Shown: positions 10,937 to 23,687 of the stretch, in pieces
How the letters are laid out: each line of letters starts with the position of its first letter
Numbering within the stretch: the stretch's first letter is position 1
Source of the DNA: Tetramitus jugosus
Taxonomy: Eukaryota; Protista; Heterolobosea
Direction of reading: 5' to 3'
DNA: 64,000 nt
NCBI GenBank assembly: GCA_937625935.1
Contig: OW569383.1
Span: 379,333 to 443,332, forward strand
Notes under the pieces: generated by a model
Told to the model about the DNA's origin: nothing
The model's input: only the letters and a program-made list of their open reading frames with translations
Database searches by the model: none
Program-made: the position numbers and the translations under genes

Positions 10937-12532
10937 ATGGCAGAATTCGATCTCACACCAAAGTTAACTCCCTATCTCGATACTCATCTCGTTCTCCCAA
11001 TCTTGAACTTTTTGAGATCAGACAACGTCAACGTATGTGAAAAACACGGTGCTTTTTTTTCCATGATCCACTCCACAGCAAGAACTCACAACAATAACTC
11101 ACACATGATATCTTTTTTTTGATGCTTTTTACTATTGATGCTTTTTTGAACACACACTCGAAAAAAAAACAATGATTTGCTTTCAACCATGACGCACACA
11201 CGACTGCCGCACACATACACACATACACATTCACACATACAGATTTATGAAAAGAAGCAAGTTCTTGAGAATGAATACAACTTGCTCCGTGGATCCAAAA
11301 TGAAGGATGCCCAGCTCGATGTCTATAAGCTATTAAATGGAGCTTCTGCTGCTGAACCACAAGAAATTGCACAAGAAAAAACTCAAATTATCAATCAACT
11401 AAAAGACTTGCAAGAAAAGTGTCAACCCATTCTCAAAGTCATCTCTGATGAAGAGTCTGTGAAGCAAGCAAAGGAACGCAATGAATTTTCAGTTGAATTT
11501 TTTGGTGCTGAAAATGTGGAACACTTGATTCAATTTGCAAAGCTTCAATATGAGATTGGAAACTATAAGGAGGCCTCTGGTTATTTGTATGATTTGTTGG
11601 AGCTCATTCAAAAGAGTCCTTCCACTACTGCTGCTGCTACCACTGGTGCCACCACCACTACTGGTGCATCACCAAGTCTCAAGAGCCACCTACCAAGTTT
11701 GGCACTCGGAAAGCTTGCTTGTGAGATTGTGTTGAACAATTGGGAAGCAGTGAATGCTGATATGAGCACTGTGAGAGAACTCTGTGTCAATGTTCACAGC
11801 AACAATGCAGAAGAAGAACAGAACCAACAATTGATGAGAGCTTTTGTGGCTCATTGGTCATTGTTTGGATGGGCGTTCGGTAAGGGTAATTTGGACTGGT
11901 GGTTGTCTGATCATCGTATTGCAAACATTATTGCCTCTCGTTGTGCCTATTTGTCCCGATATTTGGTCATTTACATTTGCTTGAAGCGTACTAGAAAGTC
12001 ATTCTTGAAGGATTTGAAGTCTGCTGTTAAGATTATTGATCATAGTGGTAGTGTTTTGCGCAATGACCCAGTGACAAAGTTTGCTTCCTTGTTGGTTCAA
12101 GCTCAATTCCTCGATGCCGGTGAGCAATTGTTGAAGATGGAACCAGTGTTGAAGAATGATTTCTTCTGCCACGGTTTTGCCAATGAGATGATGTCTGCTG
12201 CCAGAAGCATTCTCTTTGAACAGTACACCAAGATTCACATTAGAATCAGTCTTGGAAAGGACTTCCCATTGAGAAAGTATCTGTTTGTGAACAATGAATC
12301 TGAAGAAGAAGAACAAAACTGGGTTGCCAACTCATTGAGACAACGTATCGGTGGTATTGTCGGCTGCAGAATGGACACTGGAAACAAGCTGTTGACCATT
12401 ACTGAAAATTATCCAAACATTTATCAAGTTGTTGTTGAACAATCGGAAGCTTCCTGCGTGATGAGAACCAATCAACTCAAGTACATGATTCAAGACTTGG
12501 AGAAGAAGACACCTGCTGTGCAAAGCAAATAA
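10937..12532 (+). CDS. EIF3E: Eukaryotic translation initiation factor 3 subunit E (INT6); exons 10937-11032 and 11243-12532
   Basis: N-terminus MAEFDLTPKLTPYLDTHLVLPILNFL matches eIF3e. Phase-0 intron GTATGT(11033)..CAG(11242). Motifs AKLQYEIGNY, GKLACEI, HWSLF and PCI region LKNDFF...IYQVVVE. Confidence 0.92.
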
Positions 12533-12873
12533 ATACAATGTAAAAGCATTTCGTTTATTTGTCAAGAGTTTATGACGAAAAAAATGGAAGTGGATGAATG
12601 TTTACAGCAGATTCGACTTGTCGTAAAACATTCAAAAGGAATGATACACCAATCACAACAACACTCAACAACAACACTCAACAGCAAATATCAAAAGTGC
12701 ATTCATTGATCTTTTCGTGCCTTCTTCAGTTCACATGACTGTTGCAGGGCTGAAAAAAAATGATCACTAGAGTGACAATTAATGGCAGGCACTTTTGTGA
12801 GATTAATTTGAATGTTAAGATTGATGAGTGTGATGATAGATGAATGTATCAGTAGAGTGAGGAGATCAAGTGT

Positions 12874-13161
12874 TTAATATCCAAGAACTTCTTGTTGTTC
12901 AATCTTGCGCTTAGCTCTCTCCACAACCTCATAAATGGAGTTGAATGCATCTTGTTGTATTGGTTGAATCAAATCATTAATCTTTTTCTTTTGTTGCTTA
13001 TATTCTGGACTCACTGTTTGTGCCTCAGAGATGATGAGGAAAGACAAGACACCGAATGCAACGATGCACTTGAGTGACTTCAAATTTTTTTCTCTCTTCT
13101 TTTCAGATACTATGAATTCGCGCTTGAAGAAATTGAGAACTGATCTAAATGGATTGAACAT
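12874..13161 (-). CDS. Small single-pass membrane protein of unknown function; 3' end may be spliced to an acceptor near 12750
   Basis: ATG at 13161 after an A-rich leader; basic N-terminus, hydrophobic CIVAFGVLSFLII, then a helical region. Confidence 0.55.
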   Translation of the reverse strand: MFNPFRSVLNFFKREFIVSEKKREKNLKSLKCIVAFGVLSFLIISEAQTVSPEYKQQKKKINDLIQPIQQDAFNSIYEVVERAKRKIEQQEVLGY

Positions 13162-13586
13162 TTTTTGTTGTTGCTTGTTGTTTGATAAAAATGTTGTTGC
13201 TTGTTGTTGGGGAGTTGTGTGTGGAAACTTTTTTTGTGTCGGTGCGGGAAAAATGGGTCTGTGTGGGTAAACAACTTCTCGAATTGTAGATCTGTCAATC
13301 TTCTGGGCTTTCATAATTGATCACGATATCACAATGAGGAAAAATTTGCCCTCTCTTCATAGCTCCACCTTCAGCTGAACGTGGATCAGAGACCTGCTGC
13401 AGTGGAGTCGTAGATTAATAGATCTAATAATTTCTCCTCTCTATTTCTTGTTGAACATTCAACCAAAATGATGAACAACAATTTCGGCCCCAAAAATTCG
13501 GCCACACAAAAAACGAAAGCACAAAACTGCAAATTGCGCACCGCTCTCTCCATACGCCATAACCAACCTGCCTTCCATCAAAAAAA

Positions 13587-14369
13587 ATGACAAAAAAGAT
13601 TAGAGTCGGTGTTGATCCCAACAACCTTCAATGGTCAGAAGACACATCCCGCTTCGGTTTCAAAATGCTTCAGAAAATGGGTTGGAAACAAGGTGAGGGT
13701 CTCGGTAAGAACGGAGAAGGTATCAACGAACACATCAAAGTTGTCAAGAGACAGGAAAATTTGGGTCTTGGCGCCAACAAGAGCACCGCCAGTACCGTGT
13801 GTGTGAAAACATCCGCTTTCTCCGACCTTTTGAAACAATTAAATGCCGCCAACGCTTCAAACCATTCTGGTGAGAGCTCAACTACGACTGTTAGCGAACA
13901 CAAGGAAAAAACCAAGCGTGTTCATCATCAGAGAAGAGCTGCTAGAGCTACAAAAAAGTGGCAAGGTGCTGATTTGGCTGCCATCCTAGGTAAACCAGTT
14001 GGTGCCTTAAATCACTCGTCATTGACACCTACGACACCTACGACTCCATCATCTGTTGTTGAAACATCGTCCAATGAATCACTGACGCCCCTTTCAACCA
14101 AAATGAACGACTTGATTAGTGATGCTGAGGGAACAGAGACTGGAAGACGGAAATTGATTGATTTGAGCGCCATGGACAAGAAGGAGTTGAAAAAGTTGAA
14201 AAAGCAAATGAAATCAAAGGATGAAGAACAATCTGTGCAATTATTGCAGGGAATGGATAAGAAGGAAGTGAAGAATTTTAAGAAGCAACTAAAGAAGGAA
14301 CTCAAGAAGAGAAAGTCGTCATCTGATAGCGAACAAAGCAGCAAGAAGAGAAAGACGTCATCCGATTAA
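13587..14369 (+). CDS. PINX1: G-patch protein PinX1/Pxr1 (Gno1)
   Basis: DPNNLQWSEDTSRFGFKMLQKMGWKQGEGLG...HIKV...LGLGA is the PinX1-type G-patch; DLAAILG motif; KKE-rich tail. Confidence 0.88.
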   Translation: MTKKIRVGVDPNNLQWSEDTSRFGFKMLQKMGWKQGEGLGKNGEGINEHIKVVKRQENLGLGANKSTASTVCVKTSAFSDLLKQLNAANASNHSGESSTTTVSEHKEKTKRVHHQRRAARATKKWQGADLAAILGKPVGALNHSSLTPTTPTTPSSVVETSSNESLTPLSTKMNDLISDAEGTETGRRKLIDLSAMDKKELKKLKKQMKSKDEEQSVQLLQGMDKKEVKNFKKQLKKELKKRKSSSDSEQSSKKRKTSSD

Positions 14370-14430
14370 ATATGTTTTTTCAACAGAGTTTGGTGCATTC
14401 TTGTCCAGATCTCTCGGCTTTTCACTTTAT

Positions 14431-16947
14431 TCAGAGTACGAGCATGAAAATGAGCAGTAGAACACTTATGATTGCCAGAAGGAGAAATCCAACCAGCAAG
14501 CGCTTCATCCACAGAGAATGATGCTTGATTTTCGTATTGTACGTGTAGAGGAAGCTGTCAATAATTCTTCGTATGCCTGTCCAGATGTACGACACTGGTT
14601 TCAAGCTCTCTTTCACCTGATCAAAGTATTCCTTCAAGTTGGAGTGTGGAATGGAATTGGGTGCTGCACTGGACATGGATGTGACAGCTTCAGACACCAT
14701 TCGAACTGCTTCCGTATTCCTCTTGTTGAACAGTTGACCCATGTAGAGGAATGGTGCTTTGACAATCTCGACCAATGAAAATAGTACGAATGATAGTGCT
14801 TCTAGCTGGCCGCCAATTGCATTGTACAAGGTCGATACGAATACGCCTAGTAATTCATAGACCATGACCACGAGTTGTATCGGCAGTTTTATCAGTGTAT
14901 AGACACCCATCGATACAAACTTTACCAATTGAGCAATTGCAGATATAGTGGTGAACAGTAGGAGGAACAGGGGCCGCACAACATCGAATATGAGTGTGAT
15001 GAAGCCCCAGACTCCACTATGAAGCCATTGCAGCACCACTATTATCGGATAGACTACATAGTACAGTAAGTGACCGATATGATATGCCACTGTGACAACG
15101 GGAGAAACGACAATGCTCTTCAGATAGGAACCAATCGTCACCATTACACTAATCATTGGTGAAAATACATAGAGAAAGTTGCTGAGCGTGAGGAACAGTC
15201 GATTCAGTATCAGTGGAAACAGTAGAATAACTCTGTTTCTCCAAATTGGCTCAAACCACGTGAGCAAGGGTCCAAATATTCGTCGCATGGCACCTCCCAC
15301 ATATGGTAAATTCTTGTAGAGATCATAAAAGCCCCATAGCAGCGAAAAGAGAATATAAAAGTTGACAATTGTTGTGATCAACTGTCTCACGCGATACGAA
15401 TAATAGACGGGAATAGAGTATCGATTCACAACAACACTCCATGTCGGTAAGCTCTGAATGGACAACTTGTACAACCGTTCATCAGATTTGAGCATGAGTT
15501 CGTCCAAGTAAGTCGCACAGTCCTGCTTTGTACAATAGAGAAAATAGACGACAGAGGAGAATTTGGATGGGCAGATCTCTGGTGGTTTAAATAATTCGAA
15601 TACGATCACCACGGGAGCACAGGGCGCATACTGGAAATCCAAACCAGAAATATTGTCCCAATCAATAACAATCGTATTGTCTTTTTGATCCATATCATCA
15701 TAGTTGTTGTTATTGTTGTTCTCATTATTGTCATCCTTATTTTCACTAGAATCATGCTGTTGCATCTTTTCTTTAAAACTGGCAGGACCAACATCATTGC
15801 GCATCATTCTTCTCGGTGTTTGTCGTATTATTGCACTGCCCGGATTTTCCTCCGTATTCGTCAATGATGCACTGTTCGAAGAAGCAATACTGTTCCATGC
15901 AGCATTGGCCCATGATGTTAAATTGAGTGATTCTCGATGATTGACCATTCTTTTGTTGCTACTGCCATGATTATGCACGCGGGGCAATGATATCTCTAAT
16001 CGACGTCTCGTCAAATCCACACAAACACTCACATCTTCATGTCCAGTCAAGAAATGATCACCTTTTGTGATGCGCGATCCATGGAACGTATATTGATTGA
16101 ATCTGCGTGCATGAAAATGTTGTTGTTGTTTCTCGGATGCTGTTGTTGCTGCGTCAATCACATTGTGCTTGGTGTTTGTACCATCAGAGGAAGTAGAGAA
16201 TCTTCGAGGACTCTTCAGTGGAAAGTGAAGATGATTGAGTGATGGAATCATTGGAATTCGATGATTTGTTTTGCTGTTATTATTATTATTATTATTGTTG
16301 TTGTTGTTATTGTTATTGTTGTTATTGGTATGGATGGGAGTAAATGGAGAGTTGGGTTGAGCTGGAGAGTTGAAAAATAGTGATGATGATGATTGAGGTG
16401 TGGTAGTGGTGGTAGTGGAAGAGAGTGAGGATAGTGATGTAGAAGAGGATGATTTGACAAGAGAGGATGGAAATCGATTTCGGAGTTGTGATGATGATTT
16501 AAAGTCATGCAGTGATGGTGTTCTTGACATTGTATTTATATGGTCATTGTGATTGTTGTTATTGTTCTGACTATGATTGTTGGGTGAGTTGGGTGATGAT
16601 GGTGGATAGGTCGGATCAAAATTGGATAGTGTTTGCAAGGGAATGTTCACAGTTGGTATGATTGGTTTTGTTGTTGTTGTCATGGTGGTTGTGGTGGTAG
16701 TAGTAAAATAATTATTATTGTCATCCAGTTGTTGTTTATCGGCAGAATCATCATCAGACAATATCGAATACTTTGATTTTCGATGTCTCAAATGTGATTG
16801 TTGTGATAATGATGGTGATGATGGTGGTGAAGGTGAAGGTGGTTGTTTGGATGAAGCAGAAGGATGACAGAACAATGCATCAATTGAATGGATGGATTGC
16901 ACGGTTGTCATCTCGACTGATTTGGGGTGATAATGTTTGGAGGTCAC
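14431..16947 (-). CDS. Uncharacterised multi-pass membrane protein with long low-complexity N-terminus
   Basis: 838-aa ORF; Ser/Thr/Asn tracts, then many hydrophobic or amphipathic helices and a C-terminal TM segment. Confidence 0.8.
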   Translation of the reverse strand: MTSKHYHPKSVEMTTVQSIHSIDALFCHPSASSKQPPSPSPPSSPSLSQQSHLRHRKSKYSILSDDDSADKQQLDDNNNYFTTTTTTTMTTTTKPIIPTVNIPLQTLSNFDPTYPPSSPNSPNNHSQNNNNNHNDHINTMSRTPSLHDFKSSSQLRNRFPSSLVKSSSSTSLSSLSSTTTTTTPQSSSSLFFNSPAQPNSPFTPIHTNNNNNNNNNNNNNNNNNSKTNHRIPMIPSLNHLHFPLKSPRRFSTSSDGTNTKHNVIDAATTASEKQQQHFHARRFNQYTFHGSRITKGDHFLTGHEDVSVCVDLTRRRLEISLPRVHNHGSSNKRMVNHRESLNLTSWANAAWNSIASSNSASLTNTEENPGSAIIRQTPRRMMRNDVGPASFKEKMQQHDSSENKDDNNENNNNNNYDDMDQKDNTIVIDWDNISGLDFQYAPCAPVVIVFELFKPPEICPSKFSSVVYFLYCTKQDCATYLDELMLKSDERLYKLSIQSLPTWSVVVNRYSIPVYYSYRVRQLITTIVNFYILFSLLWGFYDLYKNLPYVGGAMRRIFGPLLTWFEPIWRNRVILLFPLILNRLFLTLSNFLYVFSPMISVMVTIGSYLKSIVVSPVVTVAYHIGHLLYYVVYPIIVVLQWLHSGVWGFITLIFDVVRPLFLLLFTTISAIAQLVKFVSMGVYTLIKLPIQLVVMVYELLGVFVSTLYNAIGGQLEALSFVLFSLVEIVKAPFLYMGQLFNKRNTEAVRMVSEAVTSMSSAAPNSIPHSNLKEYFDQVKESLKPVSYIWTGIRRIIDSFLYTYNTKIKHHSLWMKRLLVGFLLLAIISVLLLIFMLVL

Positions 16948-17162
16948 AGATGACTTTTATGTACAAATACGTATGGATGGTTTTTGAAGCGGTTTCGAAG
17001 AATGTTGAGCTTGTATTTCTCTCGTTTTTTTTGTGTGTTTGTTTTTTGTGACGCGCTCATCCGAGTGTTCTGCTGCGCAGGAGATGAGCGGAATCATGAC
17101 GTGGCAAAAAAAAACGAGGAAGTTTCCTTCATAACCACTTCTGGAGAGCCACGTGGGAGGTT

Positions 17163-18338
17163 TCAGTCTTTGGTCAAGAAGTGAGTCATCTTGAAGCATT
17201 CAACACAATAGGGAGTGTCACACTCGACACACCTGAAGAAAGTTTCAACTGATTGGCACAGATGACACGTTTGGACTTGTTGATCTCCAAAGAACTGGCG
17301 GCCCCAGATATGTTTCCGCATAGATGTGGTTCGGTCACCACTAGTACTATGACTGGGAGAGGGTGCTGAATCTTCCTGATCAGGTGTCTTCTGGGTTTCT
17401 TCTTTGTTGAAGTGGAGTCTCTTGGCTATGATAGACGGAATAGGATGCGAACTAAGTTTTGGAGTAACATCGAAGTGTAGTTTCTGAGCGAATGAGTTCG
17501 GACTGGTGGATGAGGGTGCGTGACAGGAGCCAGTAAACATTGGACTTTCTTGTTTTGGTGTGGATACAGTACTTCTGATCGATGATTTCGGTGTGGATTG
17601 AGTAGGGCGTTGAGGACTACTAACGGACGCTCTGACCGTATTGACTTTTGGAGAGGAAGTTCGAGAGATAGAGAGAGACTTTTTCGGTGAGTTGGAAGGA
17701 GAACTGGGAGCATTGTTGGAGGTACTTGTTCGGTTTGAACTGACACTTCCAGGGAGAGCTTTCGTAGAGGGACTCGACGATCGACTATTGGGAGTCATGA
17801 GAGAGAATGTCCTGTTTGACGAAGAGGGAGATGGTTTTGTTTCAGATGAAGATCGCTTTGGTGATAGAGTTCCTAAAGGTGCTGTTCTCGGTGAGGAACT
17901 CTTGGAGGAAGGAGAACTGGGCAGAGAAGAGCCACATGATGGTCTTTTGGGACTGCTTGTATACTTGTCCCTGAATTCTTTGGCCTCTTTCAGTACTTCT
18001 CTTGTGTCTCGGAGGGGCGAGCCACTTTGGACTCGTTTCCAATCTGGCTCCTTCACAAATTTTCGATCATACTTTTCGTACTCTTGTCGCAGTCGTACTT
18101 GCATCTTCGTGTCGCTCACTTTCTCTTCCTTGCACAAGATATTATTCATGAGTCGGCTGGGGGAGGCAGATGGAGAAGAAGAGGATAGCTGTGGAGATCT
18201 CGTTCCACGTGCAGGACTTGTCGTTGTTATTGAACTTCTCATATTTTTTATTGTTGGGCTAGATACACGCGAAGACTCTTTCCTGGTGGTAGGTGCACGC
18301 GAGGGGCTGTTCGTTTGTTGAGTGTTTTGCATTTGCAT
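17163..18338 (-). CDS. Ser/Pro-rich disordered protein with C-terminal B-box-like zinc finger
   Basis: 391-aa ORF with many SP/TP sites; C-terminal CHLC-x7-CVEC-x4-CVECFKMTH. Confidence 0.75.
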   Translation of the reverse strand: MQMQNTQQTNSPSRAPTTRKESSRVSSPTIKNMRSSITTTSPARGTRSPQLSSSSPSASPSRLMNNILCKEEKVSDTKMQVRLRQEYEKYDRKFVKEPDWKRVQSGSPLRDTREVLKEAKEFRDKYTSSPKRPSCGSSLPSSPSSKSSSPRTAPLGTLSPKRSSSETKPSPSSSNRTFSLMTPNSRSSSPSTKALPGSVSSNRTSTSNNAPSSPSNSPKKSLSISRTSSPKVNTVRASVSSPQRPTQSTPKSSIRSTVSTPKQESPMFTGSCHAPSSTSPNSFAQKLHFDVTPKLSSHPIPSIIAKRLHFNKEETQKTPDQEDSAPSPSHSTSGDRTTSMRKHIWGRQFFGDQQVQTCHLCQSVETFFRCVECDTPYCVECFKMTHFLTKD

Positions 18339-18445
18339 TTGATGAAGGATCTTTTTGATTTGTTACTTGCCCTCTTCTTGAAATGTCCAAATGGTCTACT
18401 GTAGATGCGCGCATTTGTTCCCGACGATCGCTTCAGGGTCGAGCC

Positions 18446-21400
18446 TTATGAGAGCTCAAAAGCTCCACGACCATGACGAATGGAGAGGAGCAATTTTTTG
18501 CGCAAGACCTCTTCGGATGAATAGTTTGGTAGCTTGATCAGATGGAAGCAAGTATTGCATGTGACGAGCACATCGTCATCACTGATTCTTCTTTTAGAAT
18601 CTTGTTCTAGCACCTTCCTCGAGATTGTTAACTTTGGGCTGAGTGCACCACCTACTGGCAGTCTGCTTGTTCCTGTTGAGAATTCCAAAAACAGTTTTTG
18701 GTCCTCAGGGGTCATTTGAGACACGACGTTGATCAAGTACTGGACAGGCAAGGAGTCCATGGTATATCCATGAGATGTGGTAATATTCTCAACCACTTGT
18801 TCTCGCGAGGTCCACAGTTGATCATTGCCAGAGATCAATTGGCTCAACTCTGGTGCTGAAAACATGTTGAGGTAATTCATGTTGACAATCTCATGAAATC
18901 CATTGCAGAACGCATTTAACTGCTCTGAAAAACCATCGACAAGCAACAACTGTTGTAACAAGGTGAGGAATCGATCAAAATTGTCGTGCGTAACATCAAT
19001 ATCATCCCCATTATCTACCAAGTTCACTCCCTTAAAATTCATTGTAAGCATCATGTTATCAATCTCTGCACAGAGTTTGTTATACATTGTCTGATCACTC
19101 TTGTTGTATGTGGTGTATCGATCCAAGAGTGAGATCATTGGTTTGAGAGATCTCACAATAAATGGATCGATATCGTTGTAGTCTGGCAATTGAAGCTTCT
19201 TCTTTCCAAGAAGAAGTTCTAACCAAGGTTTGCTGAGTTCTATGTCACACAATCTTCCATCTTCCAAGCTCTTTGCTATCATTCGACCTGCCATCGTGAA
19301 CCAAGATAGTTTTTTCATTCGGTCTCCTGCTGATAATGTGGATTCGAATAGAGAGGGGAATAAACCAGCCACACTATGGATATAGAGTTGTTCCTTCTTA
19401 TTAAGATCTTCGTCACCCATTGAATAGCTGCTATTTGGATTGTCGTACCATATAGACAGCTCCTTGGATTGCAGTTCCTGACAACAAGAAGTATAGAATT
19501 GAATAGTCGGACCTAGACCTGTACCTGGCTCACCCTCGTATTCAAACTCTAAAACTGTCTTATTCATTCCTTGTTCTGCTAGCTCTTTTCGGGCTTCTAC
19601 GAGAATGTTATTACGGTCCTTGATTTTAATTCTCTGTGCGTGCTTGCGAATCATATTGTCACTATCTCGATTTTCTTCATCATTGATGCTATGATTCACA
19701 TGAAGATATTGTTGTGGCGCATACTGGGTCATTATCGTTCTCTGAGCTCCTGAAACTACAAAGTTGAAAAACATGCGACGCACGTTGAATGGATACAAGA
19801 ATGAGCAATGAGTGGTCGTGATCATATCCCAAGATGGTAGTTGCCCAGCGCAACATAGTGCTAGAGACATTGGAGAAATCATTTGTTGTGTCAGTTTCGA
19901 TGTAATTTGGCTACTAATAAAGTGTTCGCTTGGTATGAGTGTTTCAGAGGTGGATCTACTTGAGTTCACATAAAGCGACCAGTCTCGATTCAATGCATTG
20001 AATACTCTCATCACACACAATGTATGTACAAACAGAGCATTCACTTTTTTTCCATTGGCCAAGGGAGCTAGTTCCCGTTCGCTCAGATAATAATCTTGCA
20101 GGGATTGAACATCAATCGACTGAGAAGTGAAGCATCGAGATGATGGATAGCGTACATTATTATTTTTCTTATTGGTATAGGATATAGTGTAGCTGCTACT
20201 ACCATCAAACGCTTCGCTGTATCCATAATTGTTCGACTTGGCGTAACGTCTGATACATTCGTAGAGAGTCAAACTGTACGGATTTTCCAAAAATTGATCG
20301 TCAATAAACAAGTCCAATCTTGCTACCTTTCTCTTTTGTGGATGAGAAACGCATTTGTTGACGATAAACTGCTCAACAGCTCTCATACTGGCCAGAGGAC
20401 TTATCGTATAGATATTCTCGGTCAAATCACTCAACACAGGGTCATATCTGTCTTTGAGTTTGAATTGGAGTGAGATTTTACTAGCTGCCAACAGTTCCAA
20501 GTCAGATGTACTACTAAATCCAGGGAGACGAACATCAGGTGTGCTTGCCGTGTTAGAGTCGTTCAGTGTAAAGTTAACATGAGAAACTTCATCGTCATCA
20601 TCAAGTTCCTGTTGATCACTGACACTTGCAACTGATGGTAAAACATCCAACAGTTCTAATGAACTACTCAACGCATCGACTAGATTTGAGAACGTACTTT
20701 GATTATCATTGAAAAGTATAGCTAATGAGCTAATGATTTGATGCAGTTTGTTCGCATCATTCTTAAAGCGACACATAAAACTCCAGAGGTGAGTGGCGAA
20801 TTTGGAGCTGATAAATTGATCAATTGATATTCCATTCACACCATGTAGATCACCAAATATTTGATTCAATACTGAAAAATTGGTTGATGATTCCTCTGAT
20901 GAAACCTGTGATAATGATGCACAAAATTCATTTAGCAAAGTAAGAGTTTGGTTGCTTCCTTGCTCCTCAGATAATGTTGCACCATATGAATCAACAAACT
21001 GCTTTGCAATATCGCAATTTGTTTGTTTGATCTCCTTTAGCATGTTCTCTCGAATGAAGAGATTGGTCAATGGTATTGACGAACTTGATGAACCATATTG
21101 CAGATCAGAAGCGAGGAGCTTTTGTGCTAGGTAAATCGTATGTGTGACTACTACAGCATTTGTTCTATTTCTACGAAGAATTCGATGAATATACTTTGTT
21201 AATGATGCTTTCAGGTTATCGCTGCGCATTATCATCTCTGGGTTCGTGTTGCATATTATTTGAGTCAAACTAACGACTGCACTCTCAGTAATGCTGGTGT
21301 TTGCACTGGTACTTGCTAGTTGCATCAACGGTTTAGATAGATTATTGATGTAGTCATCAGGAAGAGTCAAGCTATCTGAGAAAGAACTTTGAACAAAATC

Positions 21401-23009
21401 TGCACTACTATTACTGGCAAGTGTTGGAGAGGATTCTGAGGTTTTCTGCTTTTTGAACACCCGAGAAAATAGTCCACCCTTCTTTTTTTTCTGATCATCT
21501 TCGTGTGATGGACTGGATGGACTGGATGGACTATTAATCTTTGAGCTTGCCTTTCTTTTCTTGTATGAACTGGCAATTGGACAACGTGATACATTTCTCA
21601 TAAGTCGTGAGCTTACATTGTACTGTTTCATACCAATAAGATCGATTCGATAGTTATTTCCTAACACTTGAATAGTTACTTCAGGAAGACCTTGCTCATA
21701 GGCCTTTTCCAACTGATTAGAAATGTTGCTATCATAAGGATAAAAATTATGGAAATCATCTTCCCATTTCCATTCGTGTTGTGGCTCCATCGAGAAGCGG
21801 ACTACATCCACAGAGGACACCGGAGGACACAGCAAAAACAACAAATAACACACATCCAACAATAGCTGATTAGATTTTGACAGTAAATTGTCACTTCCAC
21901 TTGATGCACTAACGCTGGTTAGCATTTGTTCTTGAGGGCTCAACAACACTTTTAAGACTTGAGCAATTCCACAATGTGTCAGTTGTCGGCAGAGCTCAAA
22001 ATCACCACCAGCATATTCTGCATTGAATTTTGCAAAACTCACTAAAACTTTCATGATAATGCTCTTTGTTGTCTGTCTTGTTGTTGCCTTATGCAATCTC
22101 ATTAATAGTGGCTCCCATATGGTTGTACGATTTTCTACCGATTTGCTTGAGGTATTATGAACACCAATCAATTGTTGGAAGTGAGACAGTGAGCGAGATT
22201 GATTGCACTTATCTACGAGATGAGCAAAAATTGTGCAAACTTTGTCAATTTCGGAATCAGAATTCACATGTAAAATCATCTTTGCCAATTGAGGTACGTG
22301 CACAACGACATTGTCAAAATTGACTGTAGTTCCAGATCCAGTGCTCGTAGGGGAGCTACTCGTGGAGCAGGAGCACTTGCGAGCCACATTTGCAACAATG
22401 TCCAATGCCTTGAGTCTCAAGGGTTCAGAATAGGATTCATATTGAACTAAAATGGTTGATAGTACAGATGTGGAATCAACGAGCAGAACATTAGGCTCCT
22501 GGATCGAAATTTTGTCCATTGATTTTAAAATTTCTTCAATCAAGGGATTCGTTGATGTGGTCATCTGCTGTTCTGAAGGACTCGTTGGCACAGTGTTATC
22601 CGCTGTTTGTTGCTGCTTCAACAAATTTGATAGTCTGGGAACAGTTCCACGAGAAACAACAGTTGTGCAACTATGAGGCACAATGTCAAGTATCAAAGCG
22701 ATTGCTCTGCAAGTCAGAACGAGAACTTCTTGATTCTTGCTTGTTGACACAATGTTAATGAATGCAGGCAGGTACATGTTCAAGTTGAATGAACGTATAT
22801 AGTCCTCCATACCTATGATGTTTTTCATATGAAAAAAAAAAGTCAACCACCATTATTCATTGTGTTTCTATTGCGCAAGTTGAATCAACAATAATGCGTC
22901 TAGGAGACGACATACCAATACAAAGCATTGTGCACACTTCATTGAGAATATCAATTTGCTTTTGAGGACTAGCACAGTCCTCCAGATCATTCATCACACT
23001 TGCGTCCAT
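18446..23009 (-). CDS. TRIP12: HECT E3 ubiquitin ligase, TRIP12/UFD4/UPL3 family (ARM + WWE + HECT); exons 23009-22916 and 22812-18446
   Basis: Upstream exon MDASVMNDLE...ILNEVCTMLCIG joins MEDYIRSF through a GTATGT..TAG intron (22915-22813). WWE domain WKWEDD...YPYD...LEKAY; HECT motifs LEFEYEGEPGTGLGPT, FSTGTSRLPVGG and catalytic TCNTCFHLIKLPNYSS. Confidence 0.9.
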
Positions 23010-23153
23010 TTTTTTCTTCACCTAAACAAGTTCGCCAACAAAAGAATAGCGGAGAAAATTTCAATGAAGGATCAAACCAAGACATAAAACAGCGGAGATG
23101 GAAAAATGTCAGGTTAGTTCTGGAGTTGAACAATACCTTGTGTGCACCCAACT

Positions 23154-23687
23154 ATGTCAAAGAAAGTAAAAATGAAAATTAGACCTCAAACAAACACGGA
23201 AGATGCAGCCATTCGTGAAGTGATTCAAGCTGCCTTTGAACGCGCAGAAGAAGCTGAACTCGTTGAAAATATTCGCAAAACAGATGATTATCTGCAGGAG
23301 CTTTCCCTTGTTGCCGAATCCAGTGACGGAAGCATTGTTGGCCATGCGCTTTTCAGCCAAGTTGTTTTGGAGATGGAAGAAAAAACTCGCATTTTATTGG
23401 CTCTTGCCCCTGTTGCAGTGTTACCTTCTGAGCAGAATCGAGGATATGGGAGTGCACTCATCGAGGAAGGGATTCGTCTTTTGCGTGAAAAGTCCTACCC
23501 AGGTATTGTTGTCCTTGGTCACGAAACTTACTATCCCCGTTTTGGTTTTGAACCAAGTAGCAAGTACGGCATTAAGCCTCCATTTGAGGTACCTGAAGCA
23601 AACTTCATGATTCTTGAGCTATATCCAGAAAGCCTAAAGAGACAGGAAGGAACAATTATCTATCCAGCTTCCTTTCAAGGTGTATAA
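23154..23687 (+). CDS. GNAT-family N-acetyltransferase, bacterial YhbS-like
   Basis: Intronless; IRPQT...AIREVIQAAF...EAELV; LALAPVAVLPSEQNRGYGSALI (acetyl-CoA motif A); VLGHETYYPRFGF. Confidence 0.9.
   Translation: MSKKVKMKIRPQTNTEDAAIREVIQAAFERAEEAELVENIRKTDDYLQELSLVAESSDGSIVGHALFSQVVLEMEEKTRILLALAPVAVLPSEQNRGYGSALIEEGIRLLREKSYPGIVVLGHETYYPRFGFEPSSKYGIKPPFEVPEANFMILELYPESLKRQEGTIIYPASFQGV

Noticed and set aside
13587-14369. Telomerase-interacting PinX1 gene on a telomere-bearing fragment
   Set aside because: It lies about 49 kb from the end among housekeeping genes; proximity is most likely coincidental.
16270-16326. (TTA/TTG)n microsatellite and similar AAC/AAT tracts
   Set aside because: Ordinary poly-Asn coding tracts within genes.
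17641-18321. 226-aa + strand Glu/Gly/Leu-rich ORF
   Set aside because: Antisense shadow of the Ser/Pro-rich gene; non-ATG start.
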